From assembly GCA_963748015.1 (NCBI GenBank), contig CAVVHE010000008.1:832001-896000 (forward strand): 64,000 nucleotides of DNA, given 5' to 3'. Source of the stretch: Terriglobia bacterium (lineage in GTDB: Bacteria; Acidobacteriota; Polarisedimenticolia; Polarisedimenticolales; JAIQFR01). Made by a program: the position numbers and the translations under genes. Below, one piece after another: positions 48,393 through 58,764 of this stretch (its first letter is position 1; the number at the start of each line of letters is the position of its first letter). Under the pieces are notes generated by a model. That model had not been told where the DNA came from. It made no database searches and saw nothing but the letters and a program-made list of their open reading frames with translations.

Positions 48393-49475
48393 CTACACGA
48401 GATGGTGGAAGGCGAGGGCCTTGACGAGGAGGAAGGCGCGGCGGCCGGGGGCGAGACGGAGGGCGGCGGCGGCGGCGGGGGTGACGGCGGCGCGGATACG
48501 GACGGGGGTCTCGACGACGATCTCGACGACCGTGCCGCGGCGCTCGGCGGCGACGATCGTTCCCTCGATGACGTTGCGGGCGGAGGTCGCGGAGACGCGC
48601 TCGAGCGAAACGAGGACGTCGTTCGAGCGCAGGCCCAGCGCGACGCGGCCGTCGGTGGGGGCCGGGAGCAGGCCGGTCTCGACGATCGTGCCGCCGAGGT
48701 CCACCTCGCTCCAGCCCTCCTCGTGGGCGTGCCGGAGGACGGTGCCGGTGAACACGTTGTCGAAGCCGACGGCGCGAGCGGCGGCGCTGTGGGCGGGGGC
48801 GGCCAGGAGCGCGGCGGGCGGGCCGACCTCGAGCACGCGGCCGCCGTCGAGGACCACGAGGCTCGTTCCGAGGCGGATCGCCTCGCCGAGGTCGTGGGTC
48901 ACGTGGAGAAAGGGAATTTTCGTTTCGCGCTGCAGCCGCGTGACGAGGGCGCCGAGCGCTACGCGGGACGCGAGGTCGAGGGCCGAGAACGGCTCGTCGA
49001 GGAGGACGCCTGCCGGCGAAGCGGCGAGGGCGCGCGCGAGCGCGACTCGCTGCTTCTCGCCCCCCGACAACTCGTTCGGGTGGCGCCGCGCGAGGGCCGG
49101 CGCGCCGACGCGCTCGAGCCAGTCGTCCGCCCGGCGAAGCCGGTCCGGGCCGTGAAGGCCGAACGACGCGTTGCGCCGCGCATCGAGGTGGGGGAAGAGA
49201 AGTGCGTCCTGGAACACGACCCCGAGGCGGCGCTCGCGCGTCGGCAGGTCGATCCCGCGCCGGGAGTCGAACAGCACCCTGTCCCCCACCACGATGGTCC
49301 CGCGCGAGGGACGGAGCGCGCCGAGGATCGCCAGGAGAAGCGTGCTCTTCCCGGCGCCGCTCGGACCGAACACGACCGTGAACGGACCGTCGGTCTCGAA
49401 CGCCGCCTCGAGGACGAAGGGCGCGCCCGCCGCCGCCGGGCGCTCGACGGCGACGTCGACCGCGAAGCCCTTCAC
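48393..49475 (-). CDS. modC: Molybdate ABC transporter ATP-binding subunit with TOBE domains
   Basis: GPSGAGKS, LSGGEKQRVALARAL, LLDEPFSALD, VTHD; GTGA-coupled to modB. Confidence 0.9.
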   Translation of the reverse strand: MKGFAVDVAVERPAAAGAPFVLEAAFETDGPFTVVFGPSGAGKSTLLLAILGALRPSRGTIVVGDRVLFDSRRGIDLPTRERRLGVVFQDALLFPHLDARRNASFGLHGPDRLRRADDWLERVGAPALARRHPNELSGGEKQRVALARALAASPAGVLLDEPFSALDLASRVALGALVTRLQRETKIPFLHVTHDLGEAIRLGTSLVVLDGGRVLEVGPPAALLAAPAHSAAARAVGFDNVFTGTVLRHAHEEGWSEVDLGGTIVETGLLPAPTDGRVALGLRSNDVLVSLERVSATSARNVIEGTIVAAERRGTVVEIVVETPVRIRAAVTPAAAAALRLAPGRRAFLLVKALAFHHLV

Positions 49476-50128
49476 GAACGCCTCCGGCCGAGGCGCCCCG
49501 CGGAAATCATCACCGTCACCGACACCGCGGTGAGGAGCGCCGAGAGCGCCAGCGCCGTCCGGTCCTCCCCGGCGGACACCGCGTCGTAGATCAGGAGCGG
49601 CAGCGTCTGCGTCCGGCCCGGGATGTTCCCGGCGAGCATCAGCGTCGCCCCGAACTCGCCGATGGAGCGCGCGAACGCGAGGACGACGCCGGAGGCGAGC
49701 CCGCGCCGGGCCATCGGCAGCGCGACGCGCAGGAAGTAGGACCGCGTCCCGTGCCCGAGGCTCGCCGCCGCGATCTCCTGCCGAGGGTCGATCCCCTCGA
49801 ACGCGACGCGCGCCGACCGGATCATCAGCGGGAGGGCCATGATCGAGGCCGCTACGACGCATGCGACCCAGGTGAACGGGACGGACCAGCCCGTCGCCCG
49901 GAAGAGCGGATCGCCCAGGAGGCCGCGGCGGCCGAGGATCGCGATGAGGTAGTACCCGGTCACGGTCGGTGGAAGGACGAGAGGCAGGTTGAGCAGCGCG
50001 TCGAGCGTCTCCCGGCCGCGGAACCGCGAGCGCGCCAGGAACCACCCCGCAAGCGTCCCGCCGGCCGCGACGAGGGCGGTGGCGGCGAGCGCCACGGTGA
50101 GCGAGAGCCTCAGGGCGTCGAGGATCAT
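49472..50128 (-). CDS. modB: Molybdate ABC transporter permease
   Basis: LPLVLPPTVTGY, FARSIGEFGATLMLAGNIPGRTQTLPL. Confidence 0.93.
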   Translation of the reverse strand: MILDALRLSLTVALAATALVAAGGTLAGWFLARSRFRGRETLDALLNLPLVLPPTVTGYYLIAILGRRGLLGDPLFRATGWSVPFTWVACVVAASIMALPLMIRSARVAFEGIDPRQEIAAASLGHGTRSYFLRVALPMARRGLASGVVLAFARSIGEFGATLMLAGNIPGRTQTLPLLIYDAVSAGEDRTALALSALLTAVSVTVMISAGRLGRRRS

Positions 50129-50901
50129 GGCGGGGGCGGGGGGAGGAACCCGCGGCGGGCCAGGACGCCTCGCCCTTCGTCCGAGAGGAGGAAGGCGAGC
50201 AGGGCGCCCGCCGCCTGCCCGTGCGGCGCATCGTGGAGCGGCACCGCGTAGTAGACGATCGGATCGTGGGATCCCGCGGGGGCCTCGGGGCCTAGACGGA
50301 TCTTCCCCCCGAACATGCGGGCATCGGTCGCGTAGACGAAGCCGGCCGCAGCCTCGCCGCGCGCGACGTACTCCAGGACCTGGCGGACGGTCTCTCCGGG
50401 AACGAGCCGCTTTGCGACGGTGCCGAGGATCCCGGCGTGGCGGAGCGCCTGCTCGGCATAGCGACCCGCGGGCACCGTCTTCGGGTTGCCGGCGGCGACC
50501 CGGTCGAAGCGCGGGTCGGCGAGGCCCGCGAGCGAGGCCGGCGGCTCGTCCCCCGCCGGCACCACGACCACCAGCCGGTTGCCCGCGAACGGCCGCGCCG
50601 AGCCCGGCTCGATCCGCCCCGCCTTCTCGAGCCGAGCGATCTCGTCCTGAGAAGCGCTCAGGAACAGATCCACGGGGGCGCCCTCTTCGATCTGCCGCAG
50701 GAGCACGCCGGACGCGGCCGTGTTCACGACCACCTTCACTCCCGGGTGCGCGGCCTCGAACCGGTCGGCCGCGTCGCGAACGGTTTCCTTGAGGCTGGCC
50801 GCCGCGGACACCAGCACGGTCTCGGATGCGGTGGCGCCGGGCCCGGCGCACGCGAGGAGCGCCGCGACGACCGCGTGTCCGAGGGCGCGCGGCAGGCGCA
50901 T
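50125..50901 (-). CDS. modA: Molybdate ABC transporter substrate-binding protein
   Basis: SAAASL, ASGVLLRQIEEGAPVDLFLSA, VPAGRYA, GFVYATDA. Confidence 0.93.
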   Translation of the reverse strand: MRLPRALGHAVVAALLACAGPGATASETVLVSAAASLKETVRDAADRFEAAHPGVKVVVNTAASGVLLRQIEEGAPVDLFLSASQDEIARLEKAGRIEPGSARPFAGNRLVVVVPAGDEPPASLAGLADPRFDRVAAGNPKTVPAGRYAEQALRHAGILGTVAKRLVPGETVRQVLEYVARGEAAAGFVYATDARMFGGKIRLGPEAPAGSHDPIVYYAVPLHDAPHGQAAGALLAFLLSDEGRGVLARRGFLPPPPP

Positions 50902-50905
50902 CGCC

Positions 50906-52930
50906 TCAGGGCGCCGTCACGAGCGGGAGCTCGACGAAGCTCGAGAGTCCGGGAGCGTGGTGGATCCGCTGGGTCGCCTTGCGATAGTCCTCCGGCTTCG
51001 CCCGGAAGATGCTCGGGACGAAGTTCTGCGGGTTGCGGTCGTAGAGCGGGAACCAGCTCGACTGGACCTGCACCATGATCCGGTGCCCCGGAAGGAAGAC
51101 GTGATTCGCCGTCGGCAGGGCGAAGCGGTACACGAGCGGCTTGCCTGGGGTGATCGGCGCCGCCGTCTCGAGGCTCTCCCGGTAGCGGCCGCGGAAGATG
51201 TCGGCCGACACCATGAGCTGGTACCCGCCCATCGCGGGCTGGCCCGCCACCTCGTCGGGATAGACGTCGATCAACTTGACCACCCAGTCGGCGTCGGTGC
51301 CGCTCGTGGAGGCGACGAGGCTCGCGACCGGCTCGCCGCTGATCTTCACCGGCCGGGTCAGGACGTCCGAGAGGTACGCCAGGACGTCCGTGCGGCCGGA
51401 TGCCTCGCGCTGGTCGTCCACGAGCCACTGGGACCAGGTCAGACGGCCCTCGTACCCGACCGGCTGGATCGGGCGCGCGCGGAACGGCACCGGCTTGGCC
51501 GGGTCCGAGACGTACTCGTCGAAGGGGGCGGCCTCGGACGCCGGAGCGTCGAAGCTCAACTTGAATCCCGTCGCGAGATACACCGGCGTCGGCCGGACCG
51601 TGCAGCCGCTCGCGCAGCCGGCGGGCCACGCCGGGAGGCGCCGCCACTCGTTCGTCCCGGTCTCGAACGCCGTCACGGGCGCTATTCCGGCCGGCGGCGC
51701 GCCCTCCTTCAGGTACTGGTCGAGAAACGGGCGCAGGACCTCGCGGCGGAATTGGAGCGCGGTGTCGCTGTTGAAGACCAGAGGGCCGAGCGTGCTGCCG
51801 TCGCCGATCTCTTGCGCGTGGTGCCACGGGCCCATGACGAGGAAGACCTTGTCGTTCCCCTTGTCCTTCGGCTCGATCGCCTTGTAGACGGCGATCGCGC
51901 CGTAAATGTCCTCCTGGTCCCACAGGCTGTGGACGATCATCACGGGCACCTCGAGCGGCCGCGCCGCCAGGATGCGGTCCACGGCCTGGTCGCGCCAGAA
52001 AGCGTCGTAGCTCGGATGCGCCAGGATCTTCCGCCAGAAGCCGAGCTGCTCCATCCCGTGGCGGCGTCCCATCTCGCCCGCCGATCCCGCTTCCATGAAT
52101 GCGTCGTATTCGTCGAAGTGCCCCGACCACCACTTCGTCTCCGACTTCCGGTCCGCCTCCTGGTCGTGGATGTAGGACAGATTCTGCTGGCGGAAGGCGC
52201 CGTTGTGGAACCAGTCGTCGCCGATCCAGCCGTCCACCATCGGATTCATCGGGACGGCCACCTTGAGTGCAGGGTGCGGGTCGACGAGCGCCATCAGGGG
52301 CAGGAAGCCGTCGTACGAGATGCCGAGGATGCCGACCCTGCCGTTGGTCTCCGTGACGTTCTTCACTAGCCAGTCGATGGTGTCGTAGGTGTCGGTCGCG
52401 TGATCCACCGGGGTCGGGTTCTGCGGCCCGCGCAGGGGGCGGTTCATCACGTAGTCCCCCTCGGAGCGGTACTTGCCGCGCACGTCCTGGACCACGCGAA
52501 TGTACCCCCCCTCGACGATCGCCTCGGTCGCGTTGTCGTAGCCGAAGAGGCTCGGTCCGAGGTGCGGGCTGCTGAGGTGGGTCGTGAGCGCGTCGGCGTC
52601 GTACGGGGTGCGCGTGAGGAGGATCGGCGCGCCCTTCGCCCCCTTCGGGACCAGGATCACCGTGTGCAGCTTCACGCCGTCGCGCATCGGGATCATGACC
52701 TCGCGGCGAACGTGGTCGAAGCCGTCCGTCACCGGCTCGAACTTCGCCGGCGTCTCGCTGGGGAGATCGGGGTACTTCGCTGGCGGGGGCGGCGCCTGCG
52801 CCGCCCCCGGCGCCATGGCCAGCAGGAGCGCGAGAACGGTAGCGGCCACCGCCGGCAGGGCGCCTCGAAGGGAGCCCCGCCCTCCACCGGACCCCGCATC
52901 GGCTTCTGAATCGCGATCTCTCACGTCCAT
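50906..52930 (-). CDS. CocE/NonD-family hydrolase (alpha-amino acid ester hydrolase-like)
   Basis: PMRDGVKLHT, RTPY, QDVRGKY, GISYDG nucleophile motif, GDDWFHNGAFR, GPWHH. Confidence 0.92.
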   Translation of the reverse strand: MDVRDRDSEADAGSGGGRGSLRGALPAVAATVLALLLAMAPGAAQAPPPPAKYPDLPSETPAKFEPVTDGFDHVRREVMIPMRDGVKLHTVILVPKGAKGAPILLTRTPYDADALTTHLSSPHLGPSLFGYDNATEAIVEGGYIRVVQDVRGKYRSEGDYVMNRPLRGPQNPTPVDHATDTYDTIDWLVKNVTETNGRVGILGISYDGFLPLMALVDPHPALKVAVPMNPMVDGWIGDDWFHNGAFRQQNLSYIHDQEADRKSETKWWSGHFDEYDAFMEAGSAGEMGRRHGMEQLGFWRKILAHPSYDAFWRDQAVDRILAARPLEVPVMIVHSLWDQEDIYGAIAVYKAIEPKDKGNDKVFLVMGPWHHAQEIGDGSTLGPLVFNSDTALQFRREVLRPFLDQYLKEGAPPAGIAPVTAFETGTNEWRRLPAWPAGCASGCTVRPTPVYLATGFKLSFDAPASEAAPFDEYVSDPAKPVPFRARPIQPVGYEGRLTWSQWLVDDQREASGRTDVLAYLSDVLTRPVKISGEPVASLVASTSGTDADWVVKLIDVYPDEVAGQPAMGGYQLMVSADIFRGRYRESLETAAPITPGKPLVYRFALPTANHVFLPGHRIMVQVQSSWFPLYDRNPQNFVPSIFRAKPEDYRKATQRIHHAPGLSSFVELPLVTAP

Positions 52931-53196
52931 CCCTCCACCTTGCGGCCCCGGCCCGAGAGGGCAGGCCTCCCCCCCGTGCGCCGCGATTCTACGTCGTTTC
53001 GGCCACCAGGGAAGCCGAGTGCCACGTCGCCCGAAACGGCTCGACCGCCGCTTCGGAGTCGGCGTATATTTTCCGAGATGGGTACGTCGCGGACGTTCCG
53101 GCGGTAGGGGTGTTTGCCGTATCGAACACGCGCTCGGTAGCCATGTTGCGCTCGACAACTCGATGGAATCGGCATCGCCAGGAGAGGGGGCGCGAG

Positions 53197-53571
53197 ATGA
53201 GACAACGCAGCGGAATGCCATTGTCCCGGTTCGGGGTCCTGTGCGTCGGATTCGCGGTCGTTGCTCTGACGTCGTGCAGCGGCGGCGGCAGCAACGACGT
53301 GGCGGGGCCGGATGACACCATCCTCGTCGTGCTCGCCGGAAACGGCACCGGCCGCGTGGTCGCCAATTTTGGCGAGGTCGATTGTCCGGGAAACTGCGGG
53401 CCCAAGCCGTACACCAACGGTGAGTCCGTGCTCCTGACGGCCACTCCGGACCAAGGGTCCTCGCTCGGCGGCTGGTCCGGAGACTGCACGCCGGATCCCG
53501 GCCAACCCCTCTGGTGCGTCGTGCACGTGAACGGCCACATGGAGATCACGGCGACTTTCGCCTCGCCCTGA
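53197..53571 (+). CDS. Small lipoprotein with a divergent InlB-B-repeat-like domain
   Basis: Lipobox LTSC; GNGTGRV, LTATPDQGS..GGWSGDC, ITATF. Confidence 0.7.
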   Translation: MRQRSGMPLSRFGVLCVGFAVVALTSCSGGGSNDVAGPDDTILVVLAGNGTGRVVANFGEVDCPGNCGPKPYTNGESVLLTATPDQGSSLGGWSGDCTPDPGQPLWCVVHVNGHMEITATFASP

Positions 53572-53719
53572 GGCGCGGACGGGTCTCCGCCCCGGGGACC
53601 GGCTCGCCGTCGCACTACCGCGGTCCTCCCCGTCGTGTCGCGGCCTCGCGGTGTGCCGGCCCTTGTTTCCCCGAGCCGGACCGGCGTATAAGCACCCGTC
53701 ACGAAGGGGGAGGAACGCG

Positions 53720-54811
53720 ATGAAGACGCCGGTCACCGACCTGCACTGCGACACCGCTCTCGAGATCCAGGGGGGCGCCGACCTCATCCAAGGGCATCCC
53801 GAGGGGCACGTGGACCTCGAGCGGCTGGAGAAAGGCGGGGTCGCGCTCCAGGTGTTCGTCGCGTACGTCACGTCGACGCTCCCCAAGGGCAGGGCGTTCC
53901 GGGAGGCGATGGAGCTCCTCGACGGGGTCGAGGCGGCGTGCGAGCGCTCCGCCGGCGCCCTGGTCAAGGTCGAGACGGTGAGGGAAGCGGACCTCGCGCT
54001 CGAGGGCGGGGCGAAGACCGCGGCGATCCTTGCCGTGGAGAACGGCCACGCGATCGAGGAGAGCATCGCGAACCTCGAGCGCCTGCGCCGGCGGGGCGTC
54101 CGCTACATGACGCTGACGCACGCGAAGAATCTCCCCTGGGCGGCGTCGTCCGGCGAGGAGCGCTGCGATTTCGAGGGGCTCACCGCCTTCGGCGAGAAGG
54201 TCGTCGCGGCGATGAACGAGCTGGGGATCGTCGTGGACGTCTCTCACGTCCACGAGACCACCTTCCGGGACGTCGCGCGCCTTACGCGCCGCCCGTTCAT
54301 CGCGTCGCACTCCGACGCCTCGGCGATCTGCCCCTGCGCGCGCAACCTCACCGACGAGCAAATCCGGGTCATCGCCGACCGCGGAGGACTCGTGGGGATC
54401 AACTTCTACCCCGGCTTCCTGGACGCGGCGTACGCCGAGCGGCAGAACGCCGAGCTGGGGGACCTGTTCGTCGCCCTCCAGAAGATCGAGAAGGAGCACC
54501 TCGACGATCCCGCTCGAAAGCTGGAGGGGTCGCGCAGACTGTCGAGCGAGCTGCGCGGGCGGATGGCGAAGGCCGCCGTCCCCCTCGACCGGATCGTGGA
54601 CCACGTGGAGCACATGGTCCGGCTCGTCGGGGACGATTTCGTCGCGTTCGGGTCCGATTTCGACGGTGTCCCGGACTTGCCGCAAGGCGTTCCCGACTGC
54701 GCCGCCTTCCCGGCCATCCTCGACCGGATGCGGGAGCGGGGGTTCTCCGAGGCTTCCATCGCGAAGATCGCCGGGGGAAACTTCCGGCGCGTTCTCGAGG
54801 CCAATCCCTGA
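53720..54811 (+). CDS. M19 membrane (renal-type) dipeptidase
   Basis: DLHCD, AVENG, TLTH, VDVSH, IASHS, GSDFDG. Confidence 0.93.
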   Translation: MKTPVTDLHCDTALEIQGGADLIQGHPEGHVDLERLEKGGVALQVFVAYVTSTLPKGRAFREAMELLDGVEAACERSAGALVKVETVREADLALEGGAKTAAILAVENGHAIEESIANLERLRRRGVRYMTLTHAKNLPWAASSGEERCDFEGLTAFGEKVVAAMNELGIVVDVSHVHETTFRDVARLTRRPFIASHSDASAICPCARNLTDEQIRVIADRGGLVGINFYPGFLDAAYAERQNAELGDLFVALQKIEKEHLDDPARKLEGSRRLSSELRGRMAKAAVPLDRIVDHVEHMVRLVGDDFVAFGSDFDGVPDLPQGVPDCAAFPAILDRMRERGFSEASIAKIAGGNFRRVLEANP

Positions 54812-54947
54812 GTCCGCGGCCCCTCCACCGCCGGGGACGCCCGGGACCGGACTTGCCGGGCCGGTATTGAAGTAGAATCCCGCTTCCGCCGGCACCCCGG
54901 CCGGGGTCGGGCCGGTGCGCGCCGTACGGAAGGGCGAAGGAGACTGC

Positions 54948-57011
54948 ATGAGCGAGAAGCCGTACAAACCGTTCGTGCCGCCGAACAGCGACATGCGCGA
55001 GTTCACGATCCGAGCGCTGATCCTCGGACTGATCATGTGCGTGATCCTGGGCGCGGCGAACGCCTACCTGGGCCTGAAGGCCGGCATGACGATCGCTGCC
55101 ACCTACCCGGCGGCCGTGATCGGCATGGCGGTGCTCAAGATCTTCAAGGGCTCGATCCTGGAGGAGAACTTCGCCCGGACCGTCGGCTCCATCGGCGAGT
55201 CCGTGGCCGCGGGGGCGATCTTCACGATCCCCGCGTTCGTCATCCTCCAGATCTGGCAGTTCAAGCCCGGCCCGAACCTCATGACCGAGTACCTGACCGC
55301 CTCCGCCCTGATGATCCTCGGCGGCATCCTCGGGATCATGTTCGTGACGATCCTCCGCCGGGTGATGGTCGAGGACCCGACCCTCCCGTTCCCCGAGTCG
55401 GTGGCCGCTGGCGAGATCCACAAGGCGGGACAGCGGGGCGCCGCCGCGGCGATCCAGCTCTTCCAGGCCATGGGCATCGGCGCGCTGATCCGGTTCCTCG
55501 GGAGAACCGACGGCGAGACGTTCGACGGCCTCGGCATCTACTACGCGGTGAACCGGTTCCAGGTCGGGGTCGGGCACCTCAAGGACGGCTTCGTTCGCCT
55601 CGCCGCCGACAAGACCATCCCGGCCGGTGGGGTGACGACCATCACCGGACCGGCGGCGACGCCGGCCTATCTCGGCGTCGGCTACATCATCGGACCGGAG
55701 CTGGGCGCCTTGAACTTCGCCGGCGGGCTGCTGGCTTGGGGGATGTTCGTTCCGCTGCTCGTCTACTTCCTCGGGCCGTCGCAGATCGACCAGTACGGCG
55801 GGGACTGGGCGGCGCTGACCGGCGGCCTCTACCGCCGCGTGGTCCGGCCGATCGCCGTCGGCGGCATGCTCGTGGGCGCGTGCTTCACCCTCTACAAGAT
55901 GCGCAAGAACCTGATCTCCGGCCTCCAGCGCAGCATCGCGGACGTGAAGGCGTCGGCCACCGCGAAGGCGGCGACCGAGCGGACCGAGCGGGACCTCAAC
56001 CTGAAGGTCGTCGGCCTCGGGATCCTGGCGGTCTTCGTGCTGATGGTCGCGCTCTACTTCTACTTCACGAAGGCGCTGCCCGCGGCGTTCTTCGCCGCGA
56101 TCGTCATGCTGATCACCGGCTTCTTCTTCGCCGCGGTCTCGGGGAACCTGGTCGGCATGATCGGCTCCTCCAACAACCCGATCTCCGGGCTGACGCTCGC
56201 GACCACGATCGTCGCCGCCCTGACCATGGTGATCGTCGGCGCGAAGGGCACGCAGGGCGTCGCGGCGGTGCTCGGGGTCGCCGCCATCGGCTGCGTCTCC
56301 GCGGCCGTGGCCGGCGAGATGCTCCAGGACCTCAAGGTGGGGCATATCCTGGGCGGCACGCCGTGGAAGATGCAGATCGGCGACATCATCGGCGTGATCA
56401 TCGCCGGCCTCGTCATGTTCTTCCCGCTGTACGTCCTGCACAACTCCGACCTGGCGCAGAACCCGGCCACCGGCGGCTTCGGCGGCCCGAACCTCTCGGC
56501 CCCGCAGGCCGGGCTCATGGCGGCCCTCTCCCAGGGAATCGTCGGCGGCGAGATGGCCTGGCCGCTCGTGATCGTCGGGATCTTCATGGGGATCTCGATG
56601 ATCCTGATCAAGGTGCGCAGCCCGATGCTCTTCTCGGTCGGCATGTACCTGCCGCTCGAGACCACCTTCGCGATCTTCGTCGGCGGGCTCATCAAGGGGG
56701 TCGTCGAGAAGATCGCCGCGAAGCGGAGCCACAACGAGGCTCAGAAAGCCCGAGTGGAGAATGCCGGCATCCTGGCTGCCTCGGGTTTGATCGCCGGGGA
56801 GGCGCTGATGAGCCTCCTCATCGCCGTGGTCGTGTTCGTGAAGGACCGGATGGGGCAGAAGCCGGAGTTCCCGGCCTGGCGGGTGTTCGACCCGATCGCC
56901 GCCTGGCTGGCGCTCGCCGTCTTCGGCGTGCTGGCCATGTACATGATCTTCGTGCCGCTCAAGAAGGCCGGAGCGGCCGACGAGCCCGCGCCGCCGCATG
57001 CGGTGATGTAG
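54948..57011 (+). CDS. OPT-family oligopeptide transporter
   Basis: NAYLGLKAG, LPFPES, IGSSNNPISG, LQDLKVG, APQAGLM, ASGLIAGEAL. Confidence 0.94.
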   Translation: MSEKPYKPFVPPNSDMREFTIRALILGLIMCVILGAANAYLGLKAGMTIAATYPAAVIGMAVLKIFKGSILEENFARTVGSIGESVAAGAIFTIPAFVILQIWQFKPGPNLMTEYLTASALMILGGILGIMFVTILRRVMVEDPTLPFPESVAAGEIHKAGQRGAAAAIQLFQAMGIGALIRFLGRTDGETFDGLGIYYAVNRFQVGVGHLKDGFVRLAADKTIPAGGVTTITGPAATPAYLGVGYIIGPELGALNFAGGLLAWGMFVPLLVYFLGPSQIDQYGGDWAALTGGLYRRVVRPIAVGGMLVGACFTLYKMRKNLISGLQRSIADVKASATAKAATERTERDLNLKVVGLGILAVFVLMVALYFYFTKALPAAFFAAIVMLITGFFFAAVSGNLVGMIGSSNNPISGLTLATTIVAALTMVIVGAKGTQGVAAVLGVAAIGCVSAAVAGEMLQDLKVGHILGGTPWKMQIGDIIGVIIAGLVMFFPLYVLHNSDLAQNPATGGFGGPNLSAPQAGLMAALSQGIVGGEMAWPLVIVGIFMGISMILIKVRSPMLFSVGMYLPLETTFAIFVGGLIKGVVEKIAAKRSHNEAQKARVENAGILAASGLIAGEALMSLLIAVVVFVKDRMGQKPEFPAWRVFDPIAAWLALAVFGVLAMYMIFVPLKKAGAADEPAPPHAVM

Positions 57012-57052
57012 CCCGCCACGTACGCGGCGCGATCGCCGCCTTTTGATTTCGC

Positions 57053-57087
57053 AACGGGCCGCCGGGGCTGACCCCGGCGGCCCCGTT
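57053..57087 (+). terminator. Hairpin after the OPT gene
   Basis: AACGGGCCGCCGGGG-CTGA-CCCCGGCGGCCCCGTT. Confidence 0.55.
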
Positions 57088-57102
57088 CATCTACGGGTCA
57101 GC

Positions 57103-57254
57103 GGCTCGCTCGTCGGATGGAGCACCTTCCCGGGCACGCTCCCTCGGCCGACGTCGCGTCGGCCTCGGTCGCTCCGCTCTCGCGCGCTCCGGTCCGGTAC
57201 GGCCTCCGCGCGCGAGAGAGGGCTCGGGAAGGTGCTTCGTTCGACGAGCGAGCC
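57103..57254 (+). repeat. Structured intergenic element, copy B
   Basis: 33-bp arms whose four mismatches are all G-U compatible on the + strand; internal motifs shared with 38819-38965. Confidence 0.8.
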
Positions 57255-57261
57255 TCGTGGC

Positions 57262-57831
57262 TCAGGAGCGGGGCGGAGGCTCCGCGAGGGGGATCGGCTT
57301 GGCGCCGGGGGCGGTGGCGGTGATGAACGTCCAGGAGGAGAGGACCTGGCGCACCGCGGGGCCCTCGGCGTCTGCGAGGCCCGGGGGGTAGGTCGCGCGG
57401 AGGACGTAGAGCAGGTAGCCGTTCCGCACCACCCAGTACTCGGCGATCGACGGCGGGTCCTGCGGGCGGATGCGGATCTGGAAGACGACCTCTAGGGCCG
57501 GGGCGCCGCCGATCGTCGTCTCGCTCGTCGTCGGCCTTTCCACGGAGGTGAAGTAGTACAGCGTCCAGGCCTCGAGTTGCGGAACGATCGACTGCGGCAG
57601 GCCGGCGACGAACTCCGAGTCGGCGCCGACGAGCGAGTGGACGTCGATCGTGAGCAGGCTGCCGGAGTGCGAGCGCGCCTCGTAACCGATCATGCGCCAG
57701 CCCGGGGGCAGGACGAAGCGATACCCCCGCTCGTGGTCCTCGATCGTGCGCTCCTTCTCGGTCGGACCGGACCCCGAGCACCCCGCGAGGGCGATGACGG
57801 CGAGCACGAGCGCTCCGATTCGTCGTCTCAT
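57262..57831 (-). CDS. Hypothetical lipoprotein
   Basis: Lipobox LAGC; YRFVLPPGW and TTIGGAPAL suggest a PsbP/DcrB-like fold (inference). Confidence 0.7.
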   Translation of the reverse strand: MRRRIGALVLAVIALAGCSGSGPTEKERTIEDHERGYRFVLPPGWRMIGYEARSHSGSLLTIDVHSLVGADSEFVAGLPQSIVPQLEAWTLYYFTSVERPTTSETTIGGAPALEVVFQIRIRPQDPPSIAEYWVVRNGYLLYVLRATYPPGLADAEGPAVRQVLSSWTFITATAPGAKPIPLAEPPPRS

Positions 57832-57874
57832 GGCTCCATCATCCTGCGTTCGTCGGCGCGGTTCAAGACGCGCG

Positions 57875-58150
57875 CTATCCGAACCGGTAATGCTTGCGGA
57901 CGGGCTTCAGCACCTTCCAGGTGCACGACATCCCGCTCGGAAACGTGACGAGGTCCCCCTTGCCCACCGAAACCGGCGCGCCGCCGTCGGGCGTCACCAC
58001 GACCTCGCCTTCGAGGAACAGGCAGGTCTCGGGCTCGTCGTAGCTCCACGGGAACGTCGAGACTTCCTTGGTCCAGATCGGCCAGCTCCTGACCCCCAGC
58101 TCGTCCAGGGTCGAAGGCTGCGGGTTCTTCTCGACCTTGATCTCGCTCAT
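57875..58150 (-). CDS. Cupin domain protein (DUF861/EutQ-like)
   Basis: WPIWTKEVSTFPWSYDEPETC..LEGEV, GDLVTFPSGMSCTW; GGAGG RBS. Confidence 0.9.
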   Translation of the reverse strand: MSEIKVEKNPQPSTLDELGVRSWPIWTKEVSTFPWSYDEPETCLFLEGEVVVTPDGGAPVSVGKGDLVTFPSGMSCTWKVLKPVRKHYRFG

Positions 58151-58167
58151 CGTCCGACCTCCGGCCA

Positions 58168-58764
58168 TCATTCTCCCACGAGCGGTTGCCCGAACGCCGC
58201 GGCGTACGCGGCGGGGGTGTCGATCCCGGTCACCACGCCGGCGTCCTCCACCGGGACCTCGACGAGGTCCGAGGCGTGCGCCCTGACCACCGCGCGCGCC
58301 CCCTCGCCCTCGGGAGCCGACTCGAGCTCGGCCGCGAGACGCATCGCGAAGAGGGCCGGATGGCCGCGTCTCCCGCCGTGGACGGGAATCGCGAGCGGCG
58401 CCCGGGATGCCTCGAACGCCGCGATCAGCAGTTCCAAGGTCGCGGGCTCGACCAGCGGGTGATCCACCGGCCACAGGAGAAACCCGTCGAGGCCGGGGGG
58501 GAGCGAGGCAAGCCCGCTGCGAACCGACGAGAGCATCCCGCGCTCGGGCGAGGGGTTGATCGCGACGATGCCGTCGGGCAGGGCGCACCCGCGCCGGACG
58601 CCCGCGGCACCGTGACCGAGGACCACGCGCACGGCGCCCACTCGCGTCCGCCCCAGCGTGCCGAGGACGGTGCCGAGGAATGTGGACCCGCGGCAGGGGA
58701 GGAGCGGCTTGGGGCGCCCCATGCGCTCCGACTTCCCCGCCGCCAGCACGATGCAGCCGATCAT
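58168..58764 (-). CDS. MocA/MobA-like nucleotidyltransferase
   Basis: IVLAAGKSERMGRPKPLL, GMLSSV, PVDHP, RGHP, IDTP. Confidence 0.9.
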   Translation of the reverse strand: MIGCIVLAAGKSERMGRPKPLLPCRGSTFLGTVLGTLGRTRVGAVRVVLGHGAAGVRRGCALPDGIVAINPSPERGMLSSVRSGLASLPPGLDGFLLWPVDHPLVEPATLELLIAAFEASRAPLAIPVHGGRRGHPALFAMRLAAELESAPEGEGARAVVRAHASDLVEVPVEDAGVVTGIDTPAAYAAAFGQPLVGE

